64,000 nt of DNA from Dehalococcoidia bacterium (GCA_022825745.1 JAJDWF010000114.1:4515-68514), one strand, 5' to 3'. Shown: positions 1 to 10,458, counted from the first letter of the stretch. The notes: generated by a model not told the origin, from the sequence alone. Numbers and translations: made by a program.

Positions 1-248
1 AGTACCGCGCGGTCGGCGCCCAGCGCGTAGCATTGGGTCAGTCCCTCGGCGGCGTTGGGCGGCCCCATGGACAGGGCGAGCACGCTGTCGGCGTCGCCGT
101 CCTTGAGGTCAACGGCCATGTTGATGCCCAGCAGGTCGAAGGGGTTGATCTCCGACGGGACGCCCTCGCGCTGGATGACCTTGTTCTCGTAGTCGAACTG
201 AATGCGGGAAACGACGGGGACGTATTTCACGCAGACTGCTATTTTCAT
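1..248 (-). CDS. etfB: Electron transfer flavoprotein beta subunit (EtfB/FixA family), N-terminal part; gene runs off the left edge
   Basis: Not in the ORF track because there is no stop in the window. The reverse complement from ATG (248-246) reads MKIAVCVKYVPVVSRIQFDYENKVIQREGVPSEINPFDLLGINMAVDLKDG..LSMGPPNAAEGLTQCYALGADRAV, a typical EtfB N-terminus. AAGGAG lies 9 nt upstream. Confidence 0.75.
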   Translation of the reverse strand, partial: MKIAVCVKYVPVVSRIQFDYENKVIQREGVPSEINPFDLLGINMAVDLKDGDADSVLALSMGPPNAAEGLTQCYALGADRAV

Positions 249-252
249 TGAT

Positions 253-1647
253 TCAGGCTCCTTGGGACCGACCGGCGGATAGGTCGCCGCGAATTTGCGT
301 TTCCAGCCGTTGGACGCCGGCGCTCACGGATACGGGATAGCGGGCCGGCGCTCTGAGTTTGCGGTATTGGTCGGGCAGCTTCGCCAGACCGTCGGCGACG
401 CGCTGGCGGGCGGCGTCGATGGGGCTGGGCGGCAGGATGCGCCGGCCGTCGGACATTGCGAGGGCGAGCAGCGGCTCAGCCGACTCATGGCGCTCGTCCT
501 CCAGGGCGATTACGTCGCCGGCCATCCGGCCGTGGGCGTCGTACTGGCGGAATACCTGCTTGCCGCCGGGGAGGGAGGATTTGCCGGCGCTGAGTTTCAT
601 CACGGGCCGGCCGTCGTAGCACACCATCTTGTACACCATATCGCAGTACGGCGCGTCGGCGGAAACGCCCACGCGGGTGCCCACGCCGAACATGTCGATA
701 GGTGCGCCGCCCTGGACCAGCCGGTCCAGTTCGTACTCATCGAGGCCGCCGCTGGCGACGATGCGCACGTAGTCCAGGCCGGCGTCGTCCAGGATGCGGC
801 GCACCTGCCGGCTCAGGTCGTCGAAGTCGCCGGAGTCGAGGCGCACGCCGGTCAGACGATGGCCGTTGGCCTCCATATCCTTGGCCACGTCCACGGCGAT
901 GCGGGCGGCGTCGATGGTGTCGTAGGTGTCCAGCAGCAGGATGCTGCGGTCGGGGAAACGGCGGGCGTAGGCGCGAAACGCCTCGGCTTCGTCGTCGAAG
1001 CTGGTGATGTAGGAGTGGGCCATGGTGCCGGTGGGCGGGATGCCGTAGCGCCGCGCCGCCAGCACGTTGCTGGTCGCGCCGAAGCCGGCGATGTACGACG
1101 CGCGGGCCATGCGCAGCGACGCCTCCGAGCCGTGGGTGCGGCGAGCGGCGAAGTCGGCCAGGGGCCGGCCCTCCGCCGCCATTACGCAGCGGGCCGACTT
1201 GGTGGCCAGCAGGGACTGGTACTGCACCTGGTTGATGACGATGGTTTCGGCAAGCTGGGCCGCGATGACGGGCGCGGTCACTTCCAATATGGGTTCGTCG
1301 GTGAAGAAGAGGCTGCCCTCGGGCATGGCGCGCACGCTGCCGGTGAACCGGAAGCCGCGCAGGTATTCCAGGAACTCTTCCGTGAATACGCCGGTGTCAC
1401 GGAGATAGTCCACGCTGGCGTCGTTGAAGGACAAGGCTGTGAGGCAGTCGAGCGCATCGTCCACGCCGGCGGCGACCAGGTATCCGCGCTCGGGCGGGTA
1501 TTCACGCACGTAGAGGCTGAAGGTGGCCTCGCCGTCCATCCCCTCGGCGAAGTAGGATTGGGCCATGGTCAGCTCGTAGAAATCGGTGAGCAGGCCGATG
1601 TCGCCGGCCGGCAAGGGAAGGTGGGGTTGTTCGCTCTGGCTGGCCAT
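253..1647 (-). CDS. pncB: Nicotinate phosphoribosyltransferase
   Basis: ORF 253..1737 contains [21 protein letters not shown] and the LDSGD region typical of NAPRTase. Start moved to the internal MASQSEQ (ATG at 1647) because the upstream 30 codons are Arg-rich and non-conserved-looking. Confidence 0.85.
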   Translation of the reverse strand: MASQSEQPHLPLPAGDIGLLTDFYELTMAQSYFAEGMDGEATFSLYVREYPPERGYLVAAGVDDALDCLTALSFNDASVDYLRDTGVFTEEFLEYLRGFRFTGSVRAMPEGSLFFTDEPILEVTAPVIAAQLAETIVINQVQYQSLLATKSARCVMAAEGRPLADFAARRTHGSEASLRMARASYIAGFGATSNVLAARRYGIPPTGTMAHSYITSFDDEAEAFRAYARRFPDRSILLLDTYDTIDAARIAVDVAKDMEANGHRLTGVRLDSGDFDDLSRQVRRILDDAGLDYVRIVASGGLDEYELDRLVQGGAPIDMFGVGTRVGVSADAPYCDMVYKMVCYDGRPVMKLSAGKSSLPGGKQVFRQYDAHGRMAGDVIALEDERHESAEPLLALAMSDGRRILPPSPIDAARQRVADGLAKLPDQYRKLRAPARYPVSVSAGVQRLETQIRGDLSAGRSQGA

Positions 1648-1781
1648 GGCAGTCCGTTGCCGCCGGCGATGGCAATGCTTGGAGGAGTCGCCGGGTGGGA
1701 GTGTCCGCATTATCGGGCGGCCCTGCGGCGGTGTCAAACGTCGGTTACACTGTCTGCATCACTGCTGAGGACGCTGCCAAC

Positions 1782-2510
1782 ATGAGCAATCCCATCATCC
1801 GCCACGACGGGCGCGCGCCCGACCAACTGCGCCCGGTGCGCATCACGGCCGGCTGTCAACCTTTCGCCGAAGGCTCCGCCATGATCGAGATGGGCGACAC
1901 GGCGGTGCTGTGCGCCGCGTCGGTGGAGGAAGAGGTGCCCCGCTGGATGCGCGAGCGCGGCAGCGGATGGGTCACCGCCGAGTACGACATGCTGCCCCGG
2001 GCCACGTCCTCGCGTCGCCGGCGGGACCGCGATTCCGGACGCACCGCCAGCCGGTCACAGGAAATCCAGCGGCTCATCGGACGCTCCCTGCGGGCCGCGG
2101 CTGACCTGCCTGCGTTGGGCGAGCGGGCTATCTACCTGGACTGCGACGTGCTGCAGGCGGACGGCGGGACGCGCACCGCCGCCATCACCGGGGCATACGT
2201 GGCGTTGCACCTGGCGATGCAGGGGTTGGTGGATGACGGCAAGCTGGAGCGTGTCCCTTTGCGGTGCGCCGTGGCGGCCGTCAGCGTGGGGCTGAAAGAC
2301 GGGGAACTGCTGCTGGACCTGGATTACGCTGAGGACTCCACCGCCGACGCCGATTTCAACATCGTGATGACCGACGCCGGCGACCTGGTGGAAATCCAGG
2401 CGACCGCCGAGGGCGAGCCGTTTCCACGCCAGCTGGTCGGGGATGCGTTGGCGCTGTCGGCGCGGGGGATGGAGACGCTATTCGGGGCGCAGCGGGGGGC
2501 TTTGGGGTGA
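1782..2510 (+). CDS. rph: Ribonuclease PH
   Basis: [76 protein letters not shown] is a classic RNase PH. ATG at 1782 lies inside track ORF 1695..2510. Confidence 0.9.
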   Translation: MSNPIIRHDGRAPDQLRPVRITAGCQPFAEGSAMIEMGDTAVLCAASVEEEVPRWMRERGSGWVTAEYDMLPRATSSRRRRDRDSGRTASRSQEIQRLIGRSLRAAADLPALGERAIYLDCDVLQADGGTRTAAITGAYVALHLAMQGLVDDGKLERVPLRCAVAAVSVGLKDGELLLDLDYAEDSTADADFNIVMTDAGDLVEIQATAEGEPFPRQLVGDALALSARGMETLFGAQRGALG

Positions 2511-2540
2511 CGGCGACACGGTCTCAGGACAAAGTCCATT

Positions 2541-5207
2541 TTATCTCACCTCCGCGCCCTCAGTGTCCAGTACGGTTAGGGCGTGGCCCAGTTCGCGCAG
2601 GGGTTCCTCTACCTGGTCGCGGTCGCCTACTACCAGGATGGTTAGGCGGTTGGGGGCCAGGTAGTCGGCGCCGACGCGGTGGGTGTCGGAGAGGGTGACG
2701 GCGGACAGGCGTTCCTCGAAGGTGCGGAAGTAGTCGTCGGGCAGGTTGAACTGGGCCAGCGTTACCAGTTGGCCGAGCAGTTGCGCCGGGCGCTCGAATC
2801 CGGCGGGATAGCCCAGGCGCAGCCCGTTCTGCGCGTTGTTCAGCTCGTCGTCGGTGAGGGGCCGCTCGCCGCTGATGTGAGCGAATTCTCTCAGGGTCTC
2901 GATAACCGCCTCTCGGGTGACGGCGGTTTGCACGCTGCCGCCGGCCGATAGCAGCGACGGCGCGTTGTACCAGGATATGCCCGAGTTGTAGCCGTAGGAA
3001 TATCCCTTGTCCTGCCGGAGGTTCTGGTTGAGGCGGGCGGAGAACTGCCCGCCGAAGGCGTAGTTGAGCACCGACAGCGCCATGTGGTCGGCGTGGCTGC
3101 GCTCCACCAGGGGCATGCCGGCGCGTATCACCGACTGCGCTGCGCCGGGCTTGTCGATCAGGTAGATGCGAGGGCCGTCGCCATTGCCAGACACGTCGCC
3201 GGCGTCGATATTGGCTGCCGGCTCCGAGGGCGCGGCCCAGTCCCCGAAATGTTCCTCGGCGGCGGCCAGGGCATCGTGCAGGGAAACGTCGCCGGCCACC
3301 AGCAGGCAGAGCCGGTCGGGTCGCAGCGACTCGCCGTGTCTCGCCACCAACTCGGCGCGCGGCACGGCGGACACCGTCGCCTCGTTGCCCAAGTTGGAGT
3401 GAGCGTAGGGAGATTTGGAACCGAATACGAGCGCGCCGAAGTTGGAATCGGCGAGGAATCCCGCATCGTCCTTAGCGCGGCGCAAGTCGGTGAGGCGTTC
3501 GCGGCGCACCCGCTCCAACTCATGCTCGGGGAAGTTGGCGTTGCGGGCGACGTCGGCGGCCAGGCCCAGGGCGTGTTGCCAGTGCCGGCCCAGGGTCTCG
3601 GCGGTCAACAACGTGAGTTCCTTGCGGGCCTCCGAGCCCAGCCGCGAGCCGATGTGCTCGAAGGCGGCGGAGATTTCTTGGCTGTTGCGGTTGGTCGTGC
3701 CCTCGTCCATCATAGCCGCCGTGAAGGACGATAGGCCAAGCTGGCCGGCGGGGTCTCCGGTGGCGCCGGCCCGGGCCAGAAGCGCGAAGGACACCAGCGG
3801 CCCGCCCACGGCGGACTTGTTGGCAACGATGACCTCCATGCCGTTGTCGAGGCGTCCGCGCTGCGGCGTGGGCGGGACGAACGCCGGCGTGGGGCCGCCG
3901 GCCGGCTGCACGGTGCGATCGACGGCCATAGATACGGTGGATAGCGGCCGTTCGGGATAGACCCGCATCCGCACCCGGCCGCCGCTCAATATCTGTTGGT
4001 GGACCCGCAGCACGTCCTCGCGCGTTACCTTGCGGTAGTCGTCCATCACCGTGTTGAGGCGGTCGGGGTCGCCGGTGAAGGTGTTGAAGTAGTTGAGGGC
4101 GTCGGCGCGGCCGCCGAATCCGCCGACGCGGGACAGGGTGCGGTAGTGCTGCATCTCGATGCGGTTGATGGCCCGCTCGAACTCCTCGTCGGTAGGCGGT
4201 TCCGTGGCGATGCTCTGCAGCACCTCCTCGGCGGCCTCCTCCACCTCCTCCAGGGTGTGGCCTTCGGCGGGCGTCAGCTCCATGCGGAACTGACCGGCGA
4301 TCTCGGCGGCGTAGTAGCTCACGGAGGCCGACTGAGCAATCTGCTTTTCGTACACCAGCGAGCGGTACATGCGGCTGCTGTGGCCGTCGGACAGGATGGC
4401 CCGGAGGATGTCGCCGGCGTCGTCGTTGCCCGACAGGTTGGCGGGAGCGAGCCACACGGAATACTGGCGCGGCAGCGTCACCCGGTCGGTCATCTCCAGG
4501 TCAACCCGGCCGGCCAGCGGCGAATCGGCCCGCCCGATGCGTCGCACTGCGGGGCCGGGGTCCAGGTCGGCGAAATAACGCTGCGCCAGGTCCAGCGCCT
4601 GGGCGGTGTCGATGTCGCCGGCGATGGCGAGGCTGGCGTTGGATGGCGAATAGTAACGGCGGAAAAAGTCCTTCACGTCGTCCAGGCTGGCCGCGTCCAG
4701 GTCCTCCTGTGAGCCGATGGTCATCCAGTGGTAGGGATGGGGCAGGGGGAACAGGGACTGCTGGATGTGCCACTGGGCCATGCCGTAGGGCCGGTTTTCG
4801 TAGCTCTGCCGACGTTCGTTTTTGACCACGTCGCGCTCGGTGTCAAACCCTTCCTGGTCCAGGGCGTCCAGCAGGAAACCCATGCGGTCGGCCTCCAGCC
4901 ACAGGGCCAACTCCAGGTAGTTGGACGGCACGTCCTCCCAGTAGTTGGTGCGGTCGCCGGTGGTGGAACCGTTGAGGGTCGCGCCGATCTTTTGCAGCGG
5001 CTCGAAGTGGCTGGCCTTGTGATGCCGGGTGCCGCGGAACATGATGTGCTCGAAGAGGTGGGCGAAACCGGTGCGCCCGATCTCCTCGTCCTTGGAACCG
5101 ACGTGGTACCAGACGTTGACCGCGGCCACGGGAATGGAGCGGTCCTGGTGCAGGATTACATCGAGACCGTTGGGCAGGGTGTGTTTCTCAAAAGCGATGC
5201 CAGCCAT
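2541..5207 (-). CDS. M16 (pitrilysin/insulinase) family zinc peptidase, fused two-half 888-aa form
   Basis: HxxEH zinc motif (FAHLFEHIMFRGT) near the N-terminus and NGSTTGDRTNYW. A second M16-like half follows (RNSQEISAAFEHIGSRLGSE). Confidence 0.85.
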   Translation of the reverse strand: MAGIAFEKHTLPNGLDVILHQDRSIPVAAVNVWYHVGSKDEEIGRTGFAHLFEHIMFRGTRHHKASHFEPLQKIGATLNGSTTGDRTNYWEDVPSNYLELALWLEADRMGFLLDALDQEGFDTERDVVKNERRQSYENRPYGMAQWHIQQSLFPLPHPYHWMTIGSQEDLDAASLDDVKDFFRRYYSPSNASLAIAGDIDTAQALDLAQRYFADLDPGPAVRRIGRADSPLAGRVDLEMTDRVTLPRQYSVWLAPANLSGNDDAGDILRAILSDGHSSRMYRSLVYEKQIAQSASVSYYAAEIAGQFRMELTPAEGHTLEEVEEAAEEVLQSIATEPPTDEEFERAINRIEMQHYRTLSRVGGFGGRADALNYFNTFTGDPDRLNTVMDDYRKVTREDVLRVHQQILSGGRVRMRVYPERPLSTVSMAVDRTVQPAGGPTPAFVPPTPQRGRLDNGMEVIVANKSAVGGPLVSFALLARAGATGDPAGQLGLSSFTAAMMDEGTTNRNSQEISAAFEHIGSRLGSEARKELTLLTAETLGRHWQHALGLAADVARNANFPEHELERVRRERLTDLRRAKDDAGFLADSNFGALVFGSKSPYAHSNLGNEATVSAVPRAELVARHGESLRPDRLCLLVAGDVSLHDALAAAEEHFGDWAAPSEPAANIDAGDVSGNGDGPRIYLIDKPGAAQSVIRAGMPLVERSHADHMALSVLNYAFGGQFSARLNQNLRQDKGYSYGYNSGISWYNAPSLLSAGGSVQTAVTREAVIETLREFAHISGERPLTDDELNNAQNGLRLGYPAGFERPAQLLGQLVTLAQFNLPDDYFRTFEERLSAVTLSDTHRVGADYLAPNRLTILVVGDRDQVEEPLRELGHALTVLDTEGAEVR

Positions 5208-5310
5208 AAATCAGCGTTCCTTCGTGCAATGATGCGGCCATTGTAGCACCGGGCGGCTGACGTGAACGGCGCCCGGGCGCAGCGCGGCGTTGTGCTATAT
5301 TCCAAGCTCA

Positions 5311-5342
5311 CCAGCCGAGTTCTGATCCCGCCAGCCGAGTTC
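5311..5342 (+). promoter_or_regulatory. Two perfect 12-bp direct repeats (ccagccgagttc) spaced 20 bp start-to-start, upstream of ORF 5399
   Basis: Seen directly at 5311-5322 and 5331-5342, just downstream of a tatatt -10-like hexamer (about 5296-5301). Confidence 0.3.
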
Positions 5343-5398
5343 CGAGGTCACTACCATTGCTTTACGAAGTTGAAGTTGTCGCCGACGGCAACAGCCCC

Positions 5399-5740
5399 AT
5401 GGATCTCAACCGGGTGTTCGACCTGCTCACGGACCCGCAACCCGTGTTGCGCATCGTCGCGCCGGATCCGATGGGCAACGACGTGTGGTGCGACGTCACC
5501 GGATGGGAGAACGGCGCGCCCTGCCCGGCCATGGCCGCGCTGTCCGAGGATTCCGGCGAGGGGGTCATCATGCTGATCTACGGCGGCGAGGACGGCATCC
5601 GGCTCAAGCCGGCGGAGGACTCTACAGCCTGGGACGCCGATGCCATCGACCAGTGGGGCGAAGCCTGCCTCATGCTGGGCAGCGACGTTGAAGTCGAGTA
5701 CGCGCCGGCGGGCTGGGATTTCTCGCAACACCCGCACTGA
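5399..5740 (+). CDS. Hypothetical small acidic protein
   Basis: Track ORF 5357..5740 starts at TTG; the internal ATG at 5399 is preferred. Strong GC3 codon bias supports coding. No family recognised. Confidence 0.5.
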   Translation: MDLNRVFDLLTDPQPVLRIVAPDPMGNDVWCDVTGWENGAPCPAMAALSEDSGEGVIMLIYGGEDGIRLKPAEDSTAWDADAIDQWGEACLMLGSDVEVEYAPAGWDFSQHPH

Positions 5741-5751
5741 AGGCCGTAACT

Positions 5752-7041
5752 TCAGCCCGTCGCCTCGGGCGCATTTTCCAGGGGCGCGTCCGGCCACGGT
5801 TCCCGCTCGACTTTCACGTCGGCGGTCAGCGTCTCCAATACCCCGGGGACATCCCGACGGTAGCCGCCCTTGCCGTCCTTGCGCGGGCGCAGCCGGGCCG
5901 CCGGACCGCCGTGCAGCCGCTGGAATGCTTCGTCGTCAGCGGCCGGTGGATTGTCCAGGCAGTCGTCCAGCTCGACGGCCGCCACGTACACCCGCCGGGC
6001 CGAGGAATCGACCTGACGCTGCATGATCTCGCGGTACAGTCGCCAGCACGCGGAACTCTCCAGGGCGTCGCTTGAGCACAGCAGGGCCACGCGGTCGTAA
6101 TCGCGGAACCGGCTCATGGGCGGGATGACCTGCGAGTTGTAGATGGTTTCCTCGTCGTCGGCCAGCAGGCTCCAGCATTGCAGGCCTCTCTGGCGCAATT
6201 CTCCTTCCAGCCAGGCTACGATGGTGGCGTCCACCACCGACGCGATGAGCAGGACCCGGCGGTGCGGAGTTTCCTGGCGGAGCAGCAGGGCGTGGCCGTT
6301 GATGAAATCGGGGGGCACACCGGCGGAGCGCAGGAAAATCTCCGGCAGCCCGGCGCCGGACCGGGCCAGCGTATCCGCTCCGACCATGCTGGGGCCTTCG
6401 TGACGCAGGGTGTCCAGCCCCAGGGCCGCGCTCAAATCGCAGTCGGCGAACAGCGTCATGTCCACCACGCCGTCTTCCAGAAGGGTGCGGTCCAGGCGGG
6501 TGCGCACCAGGGACGTGCGGCGCAGGTCGCAGCGGGTCAGGTTGGCGACGTCGAGGCAGGCGGCGTTGAGGCGCGCGCCGCTCAGGTTGGCGTCGGTAAG
6601 GTCCGACATGGTCAGGTCGGCCTCAGAGAGGTCGGCGCCGGCGAGATTGGCCCCGACCAGCGTGGAGAACGCGATGTCGCAGTTGGTCAGGTTCGCGCCC
6701 CGCAGGTCGGCGTTGTTGAGGTTGCTGCCGCGCAGGTCGGACCGGGTGAAAACGGCGCCCGAGGCGTGGGAATCCTCAAAGTTCGCCCGGTTCAGGTTGC
6801 ACCGGGTCAGGTGGGCCTCGCGCATCCTGGCGCCGTTGAAGTTGCCGTGGCGCAGGTCTGCGGAGGTGAGGTCGATTTCGGTCAGGTCGTCGAAAGCGAG
6901 ATCGACTCCCGGCATTCGGACTCCGCTGAAATAACCGCCCGAAAGGTCCAGGTGCGGCCGGCGCTGGAAGGATCGGGCACGCCAGCGGGCTATGGCGAAG
7001 CTGCGCCCCTTGGCAATGGCAATATGCTCGGGGTTGGCCAA
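5752..7041 (-). CDS. Pentapeptide-repeat protein with C-terminal TIR-like domain
   Basis: Residues about 30-215 are tandem A(D/N)LxX pentapeptides (ADLRHGNFNGARMREAHLTRCNLNRANFEDS..ADLRGANLTNCDIAFSTLVGANLAGADLSEADLT). The C-terminal part (RRVLLIASVVDATIVAWLEGELRQRGLQCWSLLADDEE..YDRVALLCSSDALESSACWRLYREI) follows the bacterial TIR strand/helix pattern. Confidence 0.6.
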   Translation of the reverse strand: MANPEHIAIAKGRSFAIARWRARSFQRRPHLDLSGGYFSGVRMPGVDLAFDDLTEIDLTSADLRHGNFNGARMREAHLTRCNLNRANFEDSHASGAVFTRSDLRGSNLNNADLRGANLTNCDIAFSTLVGANLAGADLSEADLTMSDLTDANLSGARLNAACLDVANLTRCDLRRTSLVRTRLDRTLLEDGVVDMTLFADCDLSAALGLDTLRHEGPSMVGADTLARSGAGLPEIFLRSAGVPPDFINGHALLLRQETPHRRVLLIASVVDATIVAWLEGELRQRGLQCWSLLADDEETIYNSQVIPPMSRFRDYDRVALLCSSDALESSACWRLYREIMQRQVDSSARRVYVAAVELDDCLDNPPAADDEAFQRLHGGPAARLRPRKDGKGGYRRDVPGVLETLTADVKVEREPWPDAPLENAPEATG

Positions 7042-7073
7042 CCCACTACTCCGCTCCAGGATGTGCGGCCGGA

Positions 7074-8243
7074 CTAATCATCGCCGGCTGCCAACGCCGC
7101 TTCCCTGCCGGCGAACGCTGGCATCACCTCCGACGAGAAGATGGACAACTGCTCCTTGAACTCGTTCCAGGGCATACCCTCGGGCCACTGCAGCACGATG
7201 TCTTCCAGACCGGGGTACTTTGCCTCGATGTCGCGCAGGAAGTCGATGAAGTCGCCGGGGTTGCCGCAGAACCAGGCCTTCTGGTCAACGCCGTCCTCGA
7301 TGCGCGGAACCCGCGTGGGCGCGCCCGGGGTGCCCCAGGGCCGGCCCTGTTCGTCGGTATAGCGCACGAACCCAAAGGGGGCGAACCACTTGTAGCGCTC
7401 GTCGTGGAAGGGGCGTACTTTCTCGATGGCCTCCTCGCGGCTGCCGGCGATATAGAAGCCGAACCCCAGGGCCATGTCGCCGCCCAGGGGGATGTCCCGG
7501 CCGGCGCCCACGGCGGCGGAGTGGTACTGGGTAATCATCTGCTCGGCGTAAAGCTCGCCGGTGAGGGCGACCATGGCCTTGATGCCGCGCTCGGCGATGT
7601 AGTTCAGCGTGCGGCCGCTGGCGATGGGCTGCCAGATTTCCACCGGCTGGCTGACCGGTCGCGGCACCATCGTAATTTCTTTGAGGTCATAGCCGCGATA
7701 GGGCACGGTCGGGGGGATGGTGTAGTACTTGCCCTGGTGGCTCCAGGACTCCTCGTTGAACGCCTTGAGGATGACTTCCATCTGCTCCAGGAACAGTTCA
7801 CGGTTGGCGTCGTTGTCGATGACGGGGGAGCCGAAGGTCTCCACCTCGCGGGAGTGGTAGCCCCGGCCCACGCCGAAGATCATGCGGCCGCCGGTGAGGA
7901 TGTCCGCCATGGCGAAGTCCTCAGCGATGCGCAGGGGGTGCCACATGGGGATGATGTTGAAAGCCTGGCCGAATTTGAGGTTTTTGGTCTGGCCGGCCAG
8001 GTGGACGCCCATGAGGATTAGGTTGGGGATGCACTCGTAGCCTTCGTGCTGGAAGTGGTGTTCGGCCATCCACATGCAGTAGAAACCGCGCTCGTCCATG
8101 TGCTGGGCCAGCGCCTGGGCGTGGTCGTAGGCCTGCGCCAACTGCTCGTTGGTGTAGCGACGCTGGTCGGGGGGAGTGCCGTCCGCGCCCACGTTGTCCA
8201 GGTCGATCTGCCCGACGTACAAAACCGAAAACCGCTTAATCAT
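7074..8243 (-). CDS. LLM-class (luciferase-like) flavin/F420-dependent oxidoreductase
   Basis: MWMAEHHFQHEGYECIPN, LRIAEDFAMADILTGGRMIFGVGRGY. Start set at MIKRF (8243) for better SD spacing than 8252. Confidence 0.8.
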   Translation of the reverse strand: MIKRFSVLYVGQIDLDNVGADGTPPDQRRYTNEQLAQAYDHAQALAQHMDERGFYCMWMAEHHFQHEGYECIPNLILMGVHLAGQTKNLKFGQAFNIIPMWHPLRIAEDFAMADILTGGRMIFGVGRGYHSREVETFGSPVIDNDANRELFLEQMEVILKAFNEESWSHQGKYYTIPPTVPYRGYDLKEITMVPRPVSQPVEIWQPIASGRTLNYIAERGIKAMVALTGELYAEQMITQYHSAAVGAGRDIPLGGDMALGFGFYIAGSREEAIEKVRPFHDERYKWFAPFGFVRYTDEQGRPWGTPGAPTRVPRIEDGVDQKAWFCGNPGDFIDFLRDIEAKYPGLEDIVLQWPEGMPWNEFKEQLSIFSSEVMPAFAGREAALAAGDD

Positions 8244-8458
8244 CCAGCCCATGCTCCGCTGTAATAAGATTCGGCGGCGATTATAGCACGGGGCCGGCTA
8301 GGGGCGGAGCCGGCGACCGTCAGGTGGACGAAGCCTGCGTGCCTATATGCTTGCCGTCGCACCTTGCCGGGCGGGGCGCTTTGGTATGAGTTGCTGTAAT
8401 GCGCAATGCTCGTTACGAAAAACGCTGCAATGGGGAGCATATTCTACGAAACGTCAAA

Positions 8459-8488
8459 TTGACAGCCAAATCGGGGTAAATATACAAT
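8459..8488 (+). promoter_or_regulatory. Sigma70-like promoter candidate for the ABC substrate-binding gene
   Basis: TTGACA (8459-8464), 18-nt spacer, TACAAT (8483-8488). GGAGGG SD before ATG 8526. Confidence 0.3.
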
Positions 8489-8525
8489 CCGCGCCAGCCT
8501 TAAATTTGTTGGAGGGTCGGATAAG

Positions 8526-10379
8526 ATGCCCAGTCTTCGTAAGTTTGGCAGAGCCATTGCACTCCCCGCCTTGACGCTGATTTTGCTGCTGGCGTTCGCC
8601 TGCGGCACCCCGGCGGAACCCATTCCGGTTCCCGCCGAACCCACCGCCGCGCCGGAACCCACCGCCATGCCGTCGGCTACCGAAGCTATGGCGGCCGCCG
8701 CGCCGGCAGCCATGGCCACCGTGGCCGAAGCGGAAGTGGCGCCGCCCATGTCGGAATACTGGAACCCGCCGACCGACTACTACGGCGACCCGGTGTACGG
8801 CGGCACGCTGCGCATCAACTACGAGGACCCGCTGGAGCACGCCAACGCCTGGGGCGCTTTCTCCGGCGTGACGGTGCGCTACCGGACCCCCACGCACAAC
8901 AACCTGGTGGAGACCGACCCCTACGACGACGGGAAAATCATCCCCGACCTGGCCGCCGGCTGGACCAACCACGATGACGGCCAGGGGCTCACGCTGTATT
9001 TCCACGACGGCATCACTTGGCACAACGGGGACGCCTTCACCTGCGAGGACGCCCGTTTCACCCTGGAGACCATGGTGACGGGCAACGGGATTACCGCCAG
9101 CGAGATGCGCGGCAAGCTGGGCTTCCTGGATATAGGCAATTCCAAGTGCGTGGACGACTTGACGCTGGAGTTGCGCTTTGTGGAGCCGAGCGCCACCGCG
9201 CTGCTGGCCTTCACCGACCGGGCCGGTCTGATGTTCAACAAGGCCTGGTTTGAAGCCGGCGGCGAAGAGGCCATGTTCCAGGACGTATCCGTCGGCACCG
9301 GGCCTTTCCGCTGGGAAGAGGGGCAGAGCGTCGGAGTTGACGAGCAGAACTTCGTCAAGAACGACGACTACTTCAAGGACGGCCTGCCCTACGTTGACCG
9401 GGTGGTGGTATTCGGCATCCTGGACGAGTCCATCCAGCAGTCGGTGATGCTGGCCCACCAGACCGACTGGCACTGGGTGCGCAACTTCGGGCAGTACGAC
9501 GCCTACGTGGAGCACCCGCAAATCAGCACGGTGATCCGGGCGACGCGCGGGCATCATTCCCTGTGGCTCAACGCGCGTAACGCGCCCTTTGACAACGTGC
9601 GCGTACGCCAGGCCATCATGATGGGTATCGACCGGGACACCGGCATCAGCATCCTGCAGGCCGGACACGGTTCCGCCGGGTTCCTGATGGCGCCGGGCAG
9701 CCCCTGGAGCTTGGACGAGTCGCAGGGCTGCGCGGTGCCGGGCTGGTGCGCTCCCGCCGACGGCGACTGGGACTCCCGCCGCGCCGAGGCCAAGGCCATG
9801 CTGGAAGCGGAAGGCTTTGACTTCGACAAGACCTACAAGTTCACGGTGGAGGCCGACGCCCAGGTGCAGGCCCGCGCCACGTTCTTCCAAGAACAGTTGC
9901 GCCTGCTGGGGGTACAGACCGACTTCGACCTGGTGGAGACGGTAGCCTACCGCAAGCAGACCTCCGAGGGTTCCTGGGGCGACATCCTGCCGCGCAACGA
10001 CACGATGCCAAGCGACGACCCGGCGCTGGGCATGGGGCACTACTTCCGCTGCGCGTCGCCGAACAACCACTGGACGCCGGGCCTGGACTGCGACGAGAGG
10101 GCGGAAGCGCTGCTGGACCAGGCTTCCACCACCGTTGACCAGGCGCAGCGCAAGGCCATCTCCGACGAGCTGCAGCTCTACGCCATGGAACAGTACTGGA
10201 AGTTCCCGCTGTACTGGGAGCAGGAGGCGGTGGCCTTCTGGCCCGAGGTGCGCGGCTACTTCCACCACCCGCAGCCGTCCAGCTCGTTCCTCCGCTGGGA
10301 ACACCTGTGGATTGACCCGGCCCACGCCGACGATTCGGACAAGGCCGGCCAGACCTCCGGGGTTCCGGGCGGCATCTAG
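8526..10379 (+). CDS. ABC transporter substrate-binding lipoprotein, family 5 (peptide/nickel/opine type)
   Basis: Signal peptide with lipobox LLLAFACG, a Pro/Ala/Thr/Glu-rich (PEPTA-like) linker, then an SBP_bac_5-like body (GGTLRINYEDP..DPY..PDLAAGW). Confidence 0.85.
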   Translation: MPSLRKFGRAIALPALTLILLLAFACGTPAEPIPVPAEPTAAPEPTAMPSATEAMAAAAPAAMATVAEAEVAPPMSEYWNPPTDYYGDPVYGGTLRINYEDPLEHANAWGAFSGVTVRYRTPTHNNLVETDPYDDGKIIPDLAAGWTNHDDGQGLTLYFHDGITWHNGDAFTCEDARFTLETMVTGNGITASEMRGKLGFLDIGNSKCVDDLTLELRFVEPSATALLAFTDRAGLMFNKAWFEAGGEEAMFQDVSVGTGPFRWEEGQSVGVDEQNFVKNDDYFKDGLPYVDRVVVFGILDESIQQSVMLAHQTDWHWVRNFGQYDAYVEHPQISTVIRATRGHHSLWLNARNAPFDNVRVRQAIMMGIDRDTGISILQAGHGSAGFLMAPGSPWSLDESQGCAVPGWCAPADGDWDSRRAEAKAMLEAEGFDFDKTYKFTVEADAQVQARATFFQEQLRLLGVQTDFDLVETVAYRKQTSEGSWGDILPRNDTMPSDDPALGMGHYFRCASPNNHWTPGLDCDERAEALLDQASTTVDQAQRKAISDELQLYAMEQYWKFPLYWEQEAVAFWPEVRGYFHHPQPSSSFLRWEHLWIDPAHADDSDKAGQTSGVPGGI

Positions 10380-10458
10380 CCCGTCCGGGCCGCAACCGCC
10401 TTACCCGTCGGGGTGAACCATCGTTCACCCCGACGCCATTCAAAGGCTGAACCAAGCC

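Noticed and set aside
295-1785. 496-aa plus-strand ORF opposite pncB
   Set aside because: Antisense to a clear NAPRTase, with low-complexity Ala/Gly/His/Val content.
8454-10325. 623-aa ORF antisense to the ABC substrate-binding gene
   Set aside because: A typical high-GC antisense open frame. It is Arg/Gly/His/Val-rich with no domain pattern, whereas the sense strand has a clear lipoprotein SBP.
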